A stretch of 64,000 nt of DNA from an uncultured Verrucomicrobiae bacterium (lineage in GTDB: Bacteria; Verrucomicrobiota; Verrucomicrobiia; Chthoniobacterales; UBA10450): NCBI GenBank assembly GCA_963772365.1, contig CAVYXA010000004.1:1-64000 (forward strand), read 5' to 3'. The notes under the pieces were generated by a model. It made no database searches, had not been told where the DNA came from, and saw only the letters and a program-made list of their open reading frames with translations. Below, piece after piece: positions 10,671 to 21,537 of the stretch (within the stretch, counting starts at the first letter, position 1; each line of letters opens with the position of its first letter). The position numbers were made by a program, and so were the translations under genes.

Positions 10671-11561
10671 CTACCAGAATCGATCGAGACAAACGGCCAA
10701 AAGAAAAACCGCGCTGACAAAGGCGTTGCTCTGGAAAAAGGCGCGGTTGATGCCCGCTAGATCCAGATTCTCGGTTCGATGTTCGTAAATGAGCGCCGCC
10801 GCGACCAAAACCATCGCGCAGAAATAGATGAATCCTAGTTGCGCCACGATTCCAAAGACGACCAGAGCGCAGAACATGCCCAAATGAAGCAATCGAGCCA
10901 GTCGAAGACTGCGAAAAATGCCAAGCTCAACTACCAGAGATCGAATTCCTTCGCGCCGATCGAATTCGAAATCCTGAGTCGCATAGATCAAATCGAATCC
11001 GGCAACCCAGCAAATCACGCCAGCAGCCAGCACCAGCGGGGGAAAATCGACATCGCCAGTTTGCGCAATCCATGCACCCACCGGCGCAATTCCCAGAGCA
11101 AGACCGAGAAAAAAATGAGTCGCGCTGGTGAAACGCTTCGTCAGCGAATAAAAAAGGCTAATTCCCAGAGCGACCGGCGAGAGAAGGAAAGTGAGGCGGT
11201 TAATGGCTGAAGCGGTAATAACAAAGGCGATCGAACTCAAGGCCAGCCCTGTAATAGCGACCGATCTTGAAACCAATCGATGTCGTGATGAAGTCCGCGG
11301 ATTGCGCTGATCGAGCGACCAATCAACGATCCGATTAAACAGCATTGCAGCGGTGCGGGCGAATACCATGCAACCGAGAACGAGCAAAATAATTCTTCCC
11401 GACGGCAGCCCGTTTGCCGCGACCACTAGCGCGCCGAGAGCAAATGGCAGGGCAAAAACAGTGTGCGAAAATCGAATCAGGTGCAGAAATCGACCCACTG
11501 GTCCGGCCGAAATGCCGGCCACTTCGTCTTGTCGATCTTCCCTTTGAATCGATGCCGGCAT
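10671..11561 (-). CDS. UbiA-family polyprenyltransferase (MqnP-like)
   Basis: HTVFALPF, NRIVD..LD.RNPRT, YSLTKRF, GFDLIYATQD. Confidence 0.88.
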   Translation of the reverse strand: MPASIQREDRQDEVAGISAGPVGRFLHLIRFSHTVFALPFALGALVVAANGLPSGRIILLVLGCMVFARTAAMLFNRIVDWSLDQRNPRTSSRHRLVSRSVAITGLALSSIAFVITASAINRLTFLLSPVALGISLFYSLTKRFTSATHFFLGLALGIAPVGAWIAQTGDVDFPPLVLAAGVICWVAGFDLIYATQDFEFDRREGIRSLVVELGIFRSLRLARLLHLGMFCALVVFGIVAQLGFIYFCAMVLVAAALIYEHRTENLDLAGINRAFFQSNAFVSAVFLLAVCLDRFW

Positions 11562-11563
11562 AA

Positions 11564-12184
11564 TTAATCAGGATCGACCTCGAGCAATGTCCGCAAGCGA
11601 GCGGCAGCGCCCGATAAGATCGGCGTTCCATGCGCAAAAAGCATGCGGTCCGCCGGATGATTCAGAAGTTTGCGTAGCGATCGCCGCATGATTCCTTGAT
11701 CGGAACAATACTTCGATGGGAGAAAAGTGAAGCCATACGGCTCAAAATTTATGAGCGTGTCGCCGACGATCAGCGTCCCGCCATTCGATTTGTGATGAAT
11801 TACAATTTCGCCGGGAGCCGCGCCTTCGATCTCGACTACCTCTAGCTCGTCACAGATTCTATCGCCATCGCGAACTTCTGTTAGATCCAGTCCAGCCTCG
11901 TTCGCAACGGATCCAGCTCGCGCAAAAACAGGAACGGAAAACCGCAGGCAAAACTCAGGCGCTGCCCGCAAATGATTAGCGTTGGTGAGGATGATTCCAA
12001 CAATCCTCCCGGAGTTCGCGAGCTCGGCGAGAGGACCGTTCTTTAACAAAATTGGATCGACCAGATAAATGCCGCTCGCGGAGCGAATCGCAGTAGAAAA
12101 AAGGTCGCTTTTGCTCTTAGAATCGTAGACCTGCCAGATCGACAGTGCTGCAGAAAGGCGAACGATCTCGGAGCCAGCAGACAT
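11564..12184 (-). CDS. Metallo-beta-lactamase-fold protein
   Basis: LVDP, LTNANH.R, VGD, FAHG motifs. Confidence 0.7.
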   Translation of the reverse strand: MSAGSEIVRLSAALSIWQVYDSKSKSDLFSTAIRSASGIYLVDPILLKNGPLAELANSGRIVGIILTNANHLRAAPEFCLRFSVPVFARAGSVANEAGLDLTEVRDGDRICDELEVVEIEGAAPGEIVIHHKSNGGTLIVGDTLINFEPYGFTFLPSKYCSDQGIMRRSLRKLLNHPADRMLFAHGTPILSGAAARLRTLLEVDPD

Positions 12185-12273
12185 GCGATAACATTCTCAT
12201 GGAGCCAGAGGGAGAGACAAGCGGGCGGCAGAGATGGCATTCTAGTTGCTATAGTGAATAGAAATACCAGAAT

Positions 12274-13497
12274 ATGATCACCTTCTCCTACCAAGCTCGA
12301 GATGCCAACGGTCGCATCGTTTCCGGCATCCAAGATGCCCTGAATGAAGATAATGCGGTAACCAGTTTGATGAGCCGAGGACTCATGGTCCTTTCTCTCC
12401 AAAAGAAGACCGTAATCAACCGGTCTCGCAAGAAAATCTGGTCGGTAAAAGAAACCGATCTTGTGCTGTTTACCCGCCAGCTTGCCACTATGATCGAAGC
12501 GGGCATCTCGCTGGTGCAGGCATTGACAGCCCTTTATGATCAGTGCGACCCAAGAAGGCAGCGCAACCTGCGATCGGTCATCAGCGATATAACGACTCGC
12601 GTCCAGGGTGGCGAGAGCTTCCACGAAGCGATTGCGAAGCATCCGCGCGTTTTCAACCGGCTGTTTACCAGCATGGTAAAAGCGGGTGAAACCGGTGGTT
12701 TGCTGGCCGAAATTCTCGATCGGCTGGCAGGATTCCTGGAAGCAAATGCCAGGCTCAAAAAGAAAGTCAAGTCGGCGATGACCTATCCGGTAATCGTTGT
12801 CTGTATTGCATTTGCTATCACGACATTTCTGATCGTTCGCGTGGTCCCGGTTTTTGCTGAAATCTTCAAGGATTTCGGGGCTAAATTGCCAGCGCCGACT
12901 CAATTCCTCATCGACGTGAGCGACTTCGTCCGCGCGGAGTGGTTCATTTTGCTCGCGCTTTTGGGCGGGGCATTTTTCGGCACGCGTGCATTCCTGCTTT
13001 CCAAGCGCGGCAGACAGTTTGCGGATAAGTGGAAACTAAAGCTGCCCGTGTTCGGCCCGCTCATTCACAAGATTTGCATGTCGCGCTTTTCGCGCACATT
13101 TGCCCAACTGATTCGCAGCGGCGTGCCGATTCTTGAGGTCCTCGAAATCGTGGGCGGCACATCGGGAAATCACGTCATCGAAAACAGCATCCAATCGGTC
13201 AGTGTGAATGTGGAAAAAGGCGACAATCTTTCGACTGCGCTCTCGAAACAAAAAGTTTTCCCGCCAATGCTGCTACGAATGGTCGCGGCTGGCGAAGCCA
13301 CCGGTAAGATCGACAGCATGCTCGAGAAAATGGCCGATTTCTGGGACGAAGAAATCGAAGCCATGCTCAATGCCCTTACTTCGCTGATCGAACCAATGCT
13401 CATCGTCTTTCTCGGTTTGATCGTGGGCGGCATCGTGATCGCCATGTTCCTCCCGATCTTCAAACTGAACGAAGTTGTTTCGCAGAGCAAAAGCTAG
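12274..13497 (+). CDS. pilC: Type IV pilus / T2SS inner-membrane platform protein (PilC/GspF)
   Basis: FTRQLATMI.AG, AGETGG.L, AMTYP, GEATG, IEP motifs; two T2SSF domains. Confidence 0.92.
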   Translation: MITFSYQARDANGRIVSGIQDALNEDNAVTSLMSRGLMVLSLQKKTVINRSRKKIWSVKETDLVLFTRQLATMIEAGISLVQALTALYDQCDPRRQRNLRSVISDITTRVQGGESFHEAIAKHPRVFNRLFTSMVKAGETGGLLAEILDRLAGFLEANARLKKKVKSAMTYPVIVVCIAFAITTFLIVRVVPVFAEIFKDFGAKLPAPTQFLIDVSDFVRAEWFILLALLGGAFFGTRAFLLSKRGRQFADKWKLKLPVFGPLIHKICMSRFSRTFAQLIRSGVPILEVLEIVGGTSGNHVIENSIQSVSVNVEKGDNLSTALSKQKVFPPMLLRMVAAGEATGKIDSMLEKMADFWDEEIEAMLNALTSLIEPMLIVFLGLIVGGIVIAMFLPIFKLNEVVSQSKS

Positions 13498-13520
13498 GGA
13501 GAAGCTGCTCGTGGACAGGA

Positions 13521-13551
13521 AGGGGGCGGGCCGAAAGGTCCGCCCCTTTTT
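13521..13551 (+). terminator. Rho-independent terminator after pilC
   Basis: GGGGCGGGCC-GAAA-GGTCCGCCCC followed by a T run. Confidence 0.85.
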
Positions 13552-13587
13552 GTTTCCTAGACGGAGATTTCCTCCTGGTCGGCGACT

Positions 13588-14760
13588 CTACTCTTCTGGA
13601 TTTACCGGGAAATGCTTGTTCTTGAGTCGCTCGGGCACGCGCTTCGTTTGTTCTTTTTCGATCTTTTCCGTCGCCTCGTTGAGCGTCTCATACGCTTCGC
13701 GGTTTTTCGGCGCGCGACACATGTAAGCGGTTGCATGAGCCAGAGGAATACGCGCTTCCGGCAAGCCCACGAATTCCACTGCCTGCTGAGTTGCGACCGC
13801 GAGCGGCAATGCTTGAGAATCAGCCAGGCCAATGTCTTCGCTGGCAAAAATCACAATCCGCCGGGCGATGAATCGAAAGTCTTCGCCGGCATGCAACATT
13901 TTGGCCAGCCAATACATCGCGCCTTTTTCGTCGGAAGCGCGCATGCTTTTAATAAATGCGCTGATCGTGTCGTAATGCGCATCGCCCGCTCGATCGTAAA
14001 CAATGGCTTTTTGTTGGATACTTTCCTCCGCGACTGCGACAGTAAAATGGATCAAACCGTGCAAATCGGGCGGCGTAGTAAGCACGCCGATCTCGAGCGC
14101 ATTCAAACATTTTCGGGCGTCGCCGTCGCTCAACTTCGCCAGATGACGCCGGGCATTCTTGTCGATCTTAACTTTGTAATTTCCCAGGCCGCGCTCCTTG
14201 TCCGATAAGGCGCGATCGATCAATCCTTCCAGTTGCTCGACACGCAAAGGCTCGAGCTGAAAAACTTGCGACCGCGAAACTAGCGCGCTGTTGACATAGA
14301 AAAATGGATTGTAAGTGGTCGCGCCGATCAGCCGAAGATTTCCCGCTTCCACATCCGGCAAGAGAATGTCCTGCTGCGCCTTGTTAAAATGATGGATCTC
14401 ATCGATGAACAGGATCGTTTTTCGTTCGGAAGTGCGGAGCCGGTTCGTCGCTGCAGCAATCACGCGGCGCATTTCCGCGACATTGCTTTCCACCCCGCTG
14501 ATTCGAACAAACTCGGCGTTCGTCATATCGGCGATGATGTGGGCCAGTGTTGTTTTACCCGTGCCCGGCGGACCGGAGAAAATCACCGAGGGCAAGCGAT
14601 CCGCCTCAATCGCGCGACGCAACAATTTCCCGGGCGCAAGAATGTGTTCCTGCCCGACGAATTCTTCGAGTGAACGCGGTCGCATTCGCGTGGCCAGCGG
14701 CGCGGCCCGAGTCAGCGCCGCGTCGGTTCCGGATTCTTCCTTAACGAATAAGTCTTGCAC
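13588..14760 (-). CDS. rarA: Replication-associated recombination protein A (MgsA)
   Basis: PLA.RMRP, GPPGTGKT, FIDEIH, HYDTISAFIKS, ASEDIG. Confidence 0.93.
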   Translation of the reverse strand: MQDLFVKEESGTDAALTRAAPLATRMRPRSLEEFVGQEHILAPGKLLRRAIEADRLPSVIFSGPPGTGKTTLAHIIADMTNAEFVRISGVESNVAEMRRVIAAATNRLRTSERKTILFIDEIHHFNKAQQDILLPDVEAGNLRLIGATTYNPFFYVNSALVSRSQVFQLEPLRVEQLEGLIDRALSDKERGLGNYKVKIDKNARRHLAKLSDGDARKCLNALEIGVLTTPPDLHGLIHFTVAVAEESIQQKAIVYDRAGDAHYDTISAFIKSMRASDEKGAMYWLAKMLHAGEDFRFIARRIVIFASEDIGLADSQALPLAVATQQAVEFVGLPEARIPLAHATAYMCRAPKNREAYETLNEATEKIEKEQTKRVPERLKNKHFPVNPEE

Positions 14761-14824
14761 AAACCCAAGCTAACGCTCGACCGAAATGATTTCCAGTTGA
14801 GCACGTGTTCGCTAAGCTGATGCG

Positions 14825-15184
14825 TTGAAACGCTCGAAAGCCGAAAAGATCAAAAAGGGCTTGCGCAAAGCGGGAGTTGCCACCGCCCGCCGGCACCTAT
14901 TTTTATGTCTCGGACCGGATTGCTGCGATCCCACCGACGGAGAAACGACGTGGGAATTCATGAAACGCCGGATTCACGAAACGGGATTGAACATTATGCG
15001 AACAAAGGCCCAATGCTTTCGGATTTGCACCGGCGGACCCTGGCTGGTGGTTTATCCGGATGGAATCTGGTATCGAGGAGTAACGCCGGCGCGATTCGAA
15101 CGCATTTTGCAGGAACACTTGCTGGCCAATGCGCCGGTAAAGAAATGGATTGTTGCCCAGAATTCGCTACACGACGCGGATTAG
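14825..15184 (+). CDS. Thioredoxin-like [2Fe-2S] ferredoxin
   Basis: HLFLC....CC and [15 protein letters not shown]. Confidence 0.85.
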   Translation: MKRSKAEKIKKGLRKAGVATARRHLFLCLGPDCCDPTDGETTWEFMKRRIHETGLNIMRTKAQCFRICTGGPWLVVYPDGIWYRGVTPARFERILQEHLLANAPVKKWIVAQNSLHDAD

Positions 15185-15191
15185 CAATTCC

Positions 15192-17378
15192 GTGAAGAGT
15201 CTCAATCCGTGGCGAGATTTAGCGGCCGCATGTGCCGCTGGCTTGATCGTTTTCGTCTTCTGTTTGCTTCTGCTCTGGCATGATCCGCTCGTTTTCTGGA
15301 ATGACGACTATGAGCTGTCGATCCTGCCGGTATTTGCCGATATCGCCCGCAGTTGGAACGAAGGGCATTTTCCGTTGCTCAGCCCTTATTCCTGGGTTTG
15401 CAACAATCTAGCTGGCGAATTTCAGTACGGCACGTTTTCCGTTTTCGTTAATGCGGCGGTGGTTCTGGTCTGGAAATTCCCGCTCACGTTTCCGCTACAG
15501 GCGGCCGCGCTATCGATCACGCATCTCTTTATCCTCGGCATGGGCGCATTCCTCCTCGCGCGCGACCGACAATTGTCTGTCGCGTTGTCGGTTTTTGTCG
15601 CGCTCGTCTCGACGTTGAGTGGCTGGATTATCTGCTGGGGCGCGACGGATTGGTTCGGGGCACTCGGCGCGTTCACCTGGTTGCCCTGGGCTTGGTGGGG
15701 GCTTGAACGCGCCCTGGATCGACAACGAAGTCGATGGCGATTCCTTTGGCCGGCACCGTTTGTTTATCTGCTCGTGACCGGTGGATTTCCTTACACGGTC
15801 GTGATGTTGCTGCTCCTGATCGCATGGTTCGCGATTAAATCGTTAGTCCAAACACGAAGCTCGGTGTCGATCTTGCCGATGCTTTTTGGCGCTGCGCTTG
15901 GGTTCGGACTTTCCGCACCGGCCTGGCTCGCCCTTCTTGATTACGTTCGCGGCTCCGCCCGGGAATTTCAGCCCGTAAGCTTGCATTGGCAGTGGCTCGT
16001 CCCGCCCGCTGCATTGCCTGCATTCATCCTGCCTTCCTGGACCGTGAACTGGTCCAATTTTTCCGGTGAGCACCTCCCGCACACGGGAACGGAGCTCGCC
16101 TGCGGCGTGGTCGCTCCATCCGCATTGCTTGCTGGTTTTCTCTGGCGCCCGCGCTTGTTGATGAGTCGAATGAAATGGGAGCTGATCCTGCTCGGGGTTT
16201 TGCTTCTACTCTGCATGGTGCCGACAGTTGGGCTTTTCCGCTGGAGTTTTCGCTGGCTGCCATTTCTCCATCTCGTTTTAGCAATCTGTGCCGCGGAAGC
16301 CTTGCATATTCGACGACGAACACCGACTGCATCGATGTCGATCCTGCTGTTACTCGCAATCACGATTGCGATGTCGCTCTTGCACACTGCCGGCTCCTAC
16401 GGCGCCGACTTAACCTTCGTCTATTTTCAAATCGCGGTGATTTGGGTCATCGGAGAATGGTTCTTGCGCAATCGCTGGTTCTGGCAATGGTCGCCGGCGC
16501 TCGCCACTTTTTCTTTTCTGCTAGCCACATACCTTTGCCTTCCCACAAATTGCGGCGTCCCGAAATTCCACTTCGATCAACAGCTGCTCAAACCCGCGCC
16601 GCTTGATCGACATCGGCTTTACCTGAGCTTTTATCCGCCGCCGGAAACGGATTATCGAATCAAAAAAAAAACCGGCCCCGTCGGTCAGACCGTGCGGCCA
16701 GGCAGCACATCGATGTGGGCCGGACTGCGATTCATCAACGGCTACAGCCCAATTCGCCCGGCCGGCGTCGCTCGCGAATTCGGGTTTGCTACTCACGGCG
16801 AGATCGATTCGAGCATGGATGATTACGTGCTTCAATACCAAGCCGGCCCAACTGGCAAGCTCGCCCTGTTAGGCGTGGATGGAATTATCGTGGCGCGGGA
16901 AATCGATGTCGATCCTCAGCCCGCGTCTGAATGGCAACGCGTCGCGTCCAATGATGAAGGCCGCGTTTTTCATCGATGTGGACCGCCACTCGCGCGTGTC
17001 CGATCGCTCACTGCTATCGACTCGCGGCCAGGCCAAAAATTTGCGGAAGCCACGATCTCGCACATCAAAGATTCGCGTAACGAAGCGGAAGCCGATGTCG
17101 ATGTTCCGCCCGGCGATCACTCGGCTCTGCTGGTTTTTTCGCGTCCATATTTTCGCGGTTATAAGGCATGGATTAACCAGGAGAAGCTCGTCGTCGAATC
17201 CGCGGATGGTCTGGCTCCGCTCCTCGAGATTCCGCCCGGCACGAGCGGCCGGCTGCATCTTGTTTATCGACCAGTTTGGTTGCTTATCGGAGCGATTACA
17301 GCTTGCGTATGCGCAATCGTCATGCTGACGGCGCTTTGTTTCCGCACATCCGCCATCCGACATTCGTCATCTCAATAA
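15192..17378 (+). CDS. Polytopic membrane protein, YfhO/GT-C glycosyltransferase-like
   Basis: Many TM helices, G..PL..PY..., C-terminal RPYFRGYKA...L.Y.P typical of YfhO. Confidence 0.6.
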   Translation: MKSLNPWRDLAAACAAGLIVFVFCLLLLWHDPLVFWNDDYELSILPVFADIARSWNEGHFPLLSPYSWVCNNLAGEFQYGTFSVFVNAAVVLVWKFPLTFPLQAAALSITHLFILGMGAFLLARDRQLSVALSVFVALVSTLSGWIICWGATDWFGALGAFTWLPWAWWGLERALDRQRSRWRFLWPAPFVYLLVTGGFPYTVVMLLLLIAWFAIKSLVQTRSSVSILPMLFGAALGFGLSAPAWLALLDYVRGSAREFQPVSLHWQWLVPPAALPAFILPSWTVNWSNFSGEHLPHTGTELACGVVAPSALLAGFLWRPRLLMSRMKWELILLGVLLLLCMVPTVGLFRWSFRWLPFLHLVLAICAAEALHIRRRTPTASMSILLLLAITIAMSLLHTAGSYGADLTFVYFQIAVIWVIGEWFLRNRWFWQWSPALATFSFLLATYLCLPTNCGVPKFHFDQQLLKPAPLDRHRLYLSFYPPPETDYRIKKKTGPVGQTVRPGSTSMWAGLRFINGYSPIRPAGVAREFGFATHGEIDSSMDDYVLQYQAGPTGKLALLGVDGIIVAREIDVDPQPASEWQRVASNDEGRVFHRCGPPLARVRSLTAIDSRPGQKFAEATISHIKDSRNEAEADVDVPPGDHSALLVFSRPYFRGYKAWINQEKLVVESADGLAPLLEIPPGTSGRLHLVYRPVWLLIGAITACVCAIVMLTALCFRTSAIRHSSSQ

Positions 17379-18541
17379 ACATCACGCTTGTAGCGTTTGT
17401 CCGACTTGAGTTTCTCAACGTACGCGTTCGCGTCATCGGCCGATTTTCCGCCTTGCTCCCGAACAATTTGGCGTAAAGCAGCATCGACATCCTTGGCCAT
17501 CCGTTTTGCGTCGCCGCACACGAAGAACTGCGCGCCTTCGCTGTCGATCCACTTCCAAATCTCAGCTGCGTTCTCGAGCATTTTGTCTTGCACGTAAACC
17601 TTATGAGCCTGATCGCGCGACCATGCGCAATCGAGACGCGCCAAAATTCCGTCCCTCTGAAACCGGACGAAGTCTTCCTTGTAAGCATAATCACAGCTCT
17701 CGTGCTGCGCGCCAAAGAAAAGCCAATTCCTGCCTTTTGCGCCGGTGGACTGTCGATCCTGCAAAAAAGCGCGGAACGGCGCCACGCCGGTGCCCGGACC
17801 GATCATGATCAGCGGAGTGTTTCCGTCTTCGGGCATGCGAAAATGTTTCGCCGCAGTCGGGAAAACCGGCACGGGAACATTGTCGGCGCGCTCCGCTAGA
17901 AATGTCGAAGCTACGCCTTTGCGCGCGCGTCCGTGAGTTTCGTAACGGACGACATCGATAATGAAATGGACCTGGTCCGGAAACGCCCGCAGGCTCGAAG
18001 CCACGGAATACAATCGCGGCTGCAATTTAGTGAGGAGCCCGACAAATTCCTCCGGCATAAATTTGGCGGATGGATGCTCATTCAAAAAATCGATCACTTC
18101 CATGCCCCAGAGCAAGTTTTCCAAATCGTGCTTGCGCTCCGGCTCGAGCAATTCCTTCAACAACGGCGCTGAACTAGATCGTTCGGTGATTGCCTTCAGA
18201 AATCTCGGGGTCGGCTGCGTGATGGAGCAATCGCGCAGCAACGCCTCGCGCAAGCTCTTTTGCGCTTTCGCCACGAGAACGGTCTCATCGCCATTCGCTC
18301 CGATAGCGTGAATGATTTCCTCGACCAGCTTTGGATCGTTAGTTGGATACACCGCCACGGAATCGCCTACCTCGAAACTCAATCCCCATCCCGTGAGATC
18401 AATCTCGAAATGCCGCGTGTCCTTGGCTGATTCGGGTCCGCTTAACCGCCGATTGACCACGAGCTTTCCCGGAAACGGATTGGTTCGCGTCCACGGTGAA
18501 GCTGGTGTCGCGGTTTTCGGCGGAGCAGTTACTTCAGGCAT
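17372..18541 (-). CDS. cysJ: Sulfite reductase flavoprotein-like FAD/NADPH reductase lacking the FMN (flavodoxin) domain
   Basis: PRLYSVASS, GVASTFL, MIGPGTGVAPFR, VYVQDKM, CGDAKRMAKDV, RYKRDVY. Confidence 0.85.
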   Translation of the reverse strand: MPEVTAPPKTATPASPWTRTNPFPGKLVVNRRLSGPESAKDTRHFEIDLTGWGLSFEVGDSVAVYPTNDPKLVEEIIHAIGANGDETVLVAKAQKSLREALLRDCSITQPTPRFLKAITERSSSAPLLKELLEPERKHDLENLLWGMEVIDFLNEHPSAKFMPEEFVGLLTKLQPRLYSVASSLRAFPDQVHFIIDVVRYETHGRARKGVASTFLAERADNVPVPVFPTAAKHFRMPEDGNTPLIMIGPGTGVAPFRAFLQDRQSTGAKGRNWLFFGAQHESCDYAYKEDFVRFQRDGILARLDCAWSRDQAHKVYVQDKMLENAAEIWKWIDSEGAQFFVCGDAKRMAKDVDAALRQIVREQGGKSADDANAYVEKLKSDKRYKRDVY

Positions 18542-18548
18542 ATTATTT

Positions 18549-18577
18549 CTGTAGCGGCAGTCTGTGACCGTCGCAAA
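18549..18577. repeat. GTAG-type REP family B singlet
   Basis: CTGTAGCGGCAGTCTGTGACCGTCGCAAA. Confidence 0.8.
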
Positions 18578-18669
18578 TCTCAACGCGCTTTGGCTTCGAA
18601 CGTTTCGATCACACAGGAAAGCGCGTTCATGACAATTGCGTGTTCAGCATCTAATATCCACGATCCGGC

Positions 18670-19959
18670 ATGAAAGCCCGTCCCGCTGCCATAATTTTTA
18701 TTCTCGTCACCGTCACTCTCGACATTCTGGCGATGGGACTGATCATTCCAGTTTTGCCGAAACTGATCCTCGATTTTCTCGGCGGCAACATGACCGTGAC
18801 CGCACAATGGAATGGCTGGTTCGCGCTCGTTTTCGCCGCAATGCAATTTGTCTTTTCACCGGTGCTCGGCGTCGTGTCGGATCGGTTCGGACGGCGGCCA
18901 GTGATTTTACTCTCGAATCTCGGCCTCGGTCTCGACTACATCGTCATGGCTCTGGCACCGAGTCTCGGATGGCTGTTCCTGGGTCGCGTGATCTCCGGAA
19001 TCACTACTTCGAGCATTCCCACCGCGATGGCTTACATCGCCGATGTCACGCCAAAGGAGAAACGGGCAGGTGCTTTTGGGATGATCGGCGTCGCTTTCGG
19101 CATCGGTTTCACATTTGGGCCGGGGCTAGGTGGACTGCTCAGCGATGTAAACCCGCGGCTTGCGTTTTGGGTTGCAGCTGGTTTGAGCCTGGCAAACTGG
19201 CTATGGGGCTTTCTTTTCGTACCGGAATCCTTATCACAAGAAAAGCGGAAGCCGTTCGAACTGCGTCGGGCAAATCCGGTTGGCTCGCTCGTTCTGCTGC
19301 GATCGCATCATGAGCTGTGGCGATTGGCAACGATCCAGTTCCTCGCTTACACCGCGCACAACGTATTCAGCGTCTGGGCACTCTATTCCATCTATCGATA
19401 CGATTGGAACCAAAAGTGGATTGGCTATTCGCTTATGCTGGTGGGTATCTGTACCGCAATCGTCTCCGGAGGCCTAACAGGTCGGATGGTCAAACGATTC
19501 GGCGAACGGCGGACCCTCTATATCGGACAATTTTTTGGCGCCAGTGGCATGTTCATCGCCGGTCTCGCCCGAAACACGGCGGCTTTCCTCGCGTCGATTC
19601 CGGTAATCTCACTCTGGAATATTTCGATGCCAGCTGCGCAAGGGATGATGACGCATCGAGTGAGTGAACGCGAGCAGGGCGAATTACAAGGTGCAATTCA
19701 AAGCCTGCGCTCGATCACCTTCATCATCGGCCCAGTTCTGTTCTCGCAAATCTTCAGTTGGTTTATTAATCCGAAAGGTCCGGTCCACGTGCCGGGTGCA
19801 CCCTACTACTTGGCGGCGGTGATGCTGTTCGTGGCCATGCTGATGTCGACCCGGCTCAAGCGCACAGAGTCATCGCGTACGCCGGCTGTTGCTATTCCAC
19901 CGGCGGAAGCCGCTTCCGGCGCCGCACCGATTGTTGATGCCCGGCAAGAAAGCGTCTGA
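18670..19959 (+). CDS. MFS efflux transporter, TetA/TCR family
   Basis: SDRFGRRPV motif A, about 12 TM helices, RANPVG, EQGELQG. Confidence 0.9.
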   Translation: MKARPAAIIFILVTVTLDILAMGLIIPVLPKLILDFLGGNMTVTAQWNGWFALVFAAMQFVFSPVLGVVSDRFGRRPVILLSNLGLGLDYIVMALAPSLGWLFLGRVISGITTSSIPTAMAYIADVTPKEKRAGAFGMIGVAFGIGFTFGPGLGGLLSDVNPRLAFWVAAGLSLANWLWGFLFVPESLSQEKRKPFELRRANPVGSLVLLRSHHELWRLATIQFLAYTAHNVFSVWALYSIYRYDWNQKWIGYSLMLVGICTAIVSGGLTGRMVKRFGERRTLYIGQFFGASGMFIAGLARNTAAFLASIPVISLWNISMPAAQGMMTHRVSEREQGELQGAIQSLRSITFIIGPVLFSQIFSWFINPKGPVHVPGAPYYLAAVMLFVAMLMSTRLKRTESSRTPAVAIPPAEAASGAAPIVDARQESV

Positions 19960-20053
19960 AATCGACAACGCGATTTTGGTGGCGCGTCTCGCTATCGCGG
20001 CTTCTTGGCCCGAATCCACTTGCTCGTCCCCACAACAAAGCGGAAATTTTGTT

Positions 20054-20920
20054 ATGGCTACGTACCCCACGCAATACGCGCATCCCGAGGCGCTGGTGGA
20101 AACCGATTGGCTCGAGAAACATCTCAAGGACGGCAGCATTCGAATTGTTGAGTCGAATGAAGACATTCTGCTTTACGACACCGGACATATCCCGGGCGCG
20201 GTCCACGTCGATTGGCGGGCCGATCTTCAGGACCCAGTGATCCGCGACTACATTTCGCCGGAAAAATTCGCCCGGCTGTGCAGCCGGCACGGAATCACGC
20301 CCGAGACGACCTGCATTTTCTACGGAGATAAGGCTAATTGGTGGGCTTGTTACGCGCTCTGGGCGTTTCGATTATTCGGGCACGAGAACGTGAAAATTCT
20401 TAACGGCGGCCGCGACAAGTGGAAAGCCGAAGGCCGTCCGATGACTCGGGAAGTGCCCGAATACCCGCAAACGAATTATCCAGTGCCGAAAAAACGCTTC
20501 GACAAGGAGATTCGCGCTTTCTTCGACGAGACGCTTGCCCATAGCAAAGCGAGCAAGCCGCTGATCGATGTGCGTTCGCCCGGGGAATTTCGTGGCGAAG
20601 TCACTCACATGCCTGAGTATCCGCAGGAGGGAGTGCTCCGCGGTGGTCACATTCCAGGTGCGAAAAGTATGCCTTGGAAGACAGCGACCAATGACGACGC
20701 CACATTCAAACCGGCCGCGGAGCTGGGGAAAATTTATCTCGACCAATGCGGCATTAAACCTGGCACGGACACTGTCGTATACTGCCGCATCGGCGAGCGC
20801 TCCAGCCACACGTGGTTCGTGTTGACGTATCTGCTCGGGCTGGAGAACGTGCGTAATTACGACGGCTCGTGGACTGAGTGGGGCAACAAAGTTGGCGCAC
20901 CAATCGAGAAAAGCGCGTAA
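20054..20920 (+). CDS. sseA: Double-domain sulfurtransferase (rhodanese)
   Basis: GHIPGA twice, YCRIGERSS active site, YDGSWTEW. Confidence 0.92.
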   Translation: MATYPTQYAHPEALVETDWLEKHLKDGSIRIVESNEDILLYDTGHIPGAVHVDWRADLQDPVIRDYISPEKFARLCSRHGITPETTCIFYGDKANWWACYALWAFRLFGHENVKILNGGRDKWKAEGRPMTREVPEYPQTNYPVPKKRFDKEIRAFFDETLAHSKASKPLIDVRSPGEFRGEVTHMPEYPQEGVLRGGHIPGAKSMPWKTATNDDATFKPAAELGKIYLDQCGIKPGTDTVVYCRIGERSSHTWFVLTYLLGLENVRNYDGSWTEWGNKVGAPIEKSA

Positions 20921-20925
20921 GTTCC

Positions 20926-21006
20926 GTCATTCCGAGCGGAGTCGAGGAATCCCGTGGCCGAACCGAACGCAATGCAACGAGATCCTTCGACTTCGCTCAG
21001 GATGAC
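20926..21006. repeat. Palindromic repeat family D (GTCATYCYGAGCG...CGCTCRGRATGAC)
   Basis: Terminal inverted repeats; copies at 30689 (half), 36677, 39467, 51450. Confidence 0.88.
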
Positions 21007-21016
21007 AAGAGAGAAA

Positions 21017-21472
21017 ATGTATCCTAAGAAGCTCAGCAAGATCATCAATCTCTTTGAATCGCTTCCAAGCGATGAACGCCGTGAAACGCTCGTGTCTTAT
21101 GCAGACAACGCCTCGAAACAGGAGCCGCGCGAAAATGAGAAGTTCGAGCTTGTCGATGTTCGCAAGGACGAAGAATGCGCCGATACAGTGGGCGTTTATC
21201 TCCAAGTCGATGATCAAGGCAAAGCGCATATCCGCATGACCCTCGGCCCAGAAGTGCAGACATTGACTCGCGCGATGACAGCGATTCTTTGCAAGGGTCT
21301 CGATGGCTGCACACCGCAGGAGATTCTCGATCTTCCCAGCGATTTCGTTACCCGAATTGTCGGTGCCGAGCTCGTGCGTGTCCGAAGTCAGACCACGTAT
21401 TACGTGCTCACGCGGATCAAGAGCATCTGCAAAGTCTGGTTGGATCGACAACGAATGGCGCAAGTGGCGTAA
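21017..21472 (+). CDS. sufE: SufE-family sulfur acceptor
   Basis: Conserved Cys (EECAD), GLDG.TPQEIL..P; follows the sulfurtransferase. Confidence 0.8.
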   Translation: MYPKKLSKIINLFESLPSDERRETLVSYADNASKQEPRENEKFELVDVRKDEECADTVGVYLQVDDQGKAHIRMTLGPEVQTLTRAMTAILCKGLDGCTPQEILDLPSDFVTRIVGAELVRVRSQTTYYVLTRIKSICKVWLDRQRMAQVA

Positions 21473-21537
21473 TCGAAATGGCAGCGCCGATTCGGGCGTG
21501 AAGTTCTGCCGATTTGCTTTATCATCTCGCGCGCAAG

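Noticed and set aside
18670..19959. Acquired tetracycline resistance gene
   Set aside because: TetA-like MFS, but there is no tetR or mobile context and the substrate cannot be inferred.
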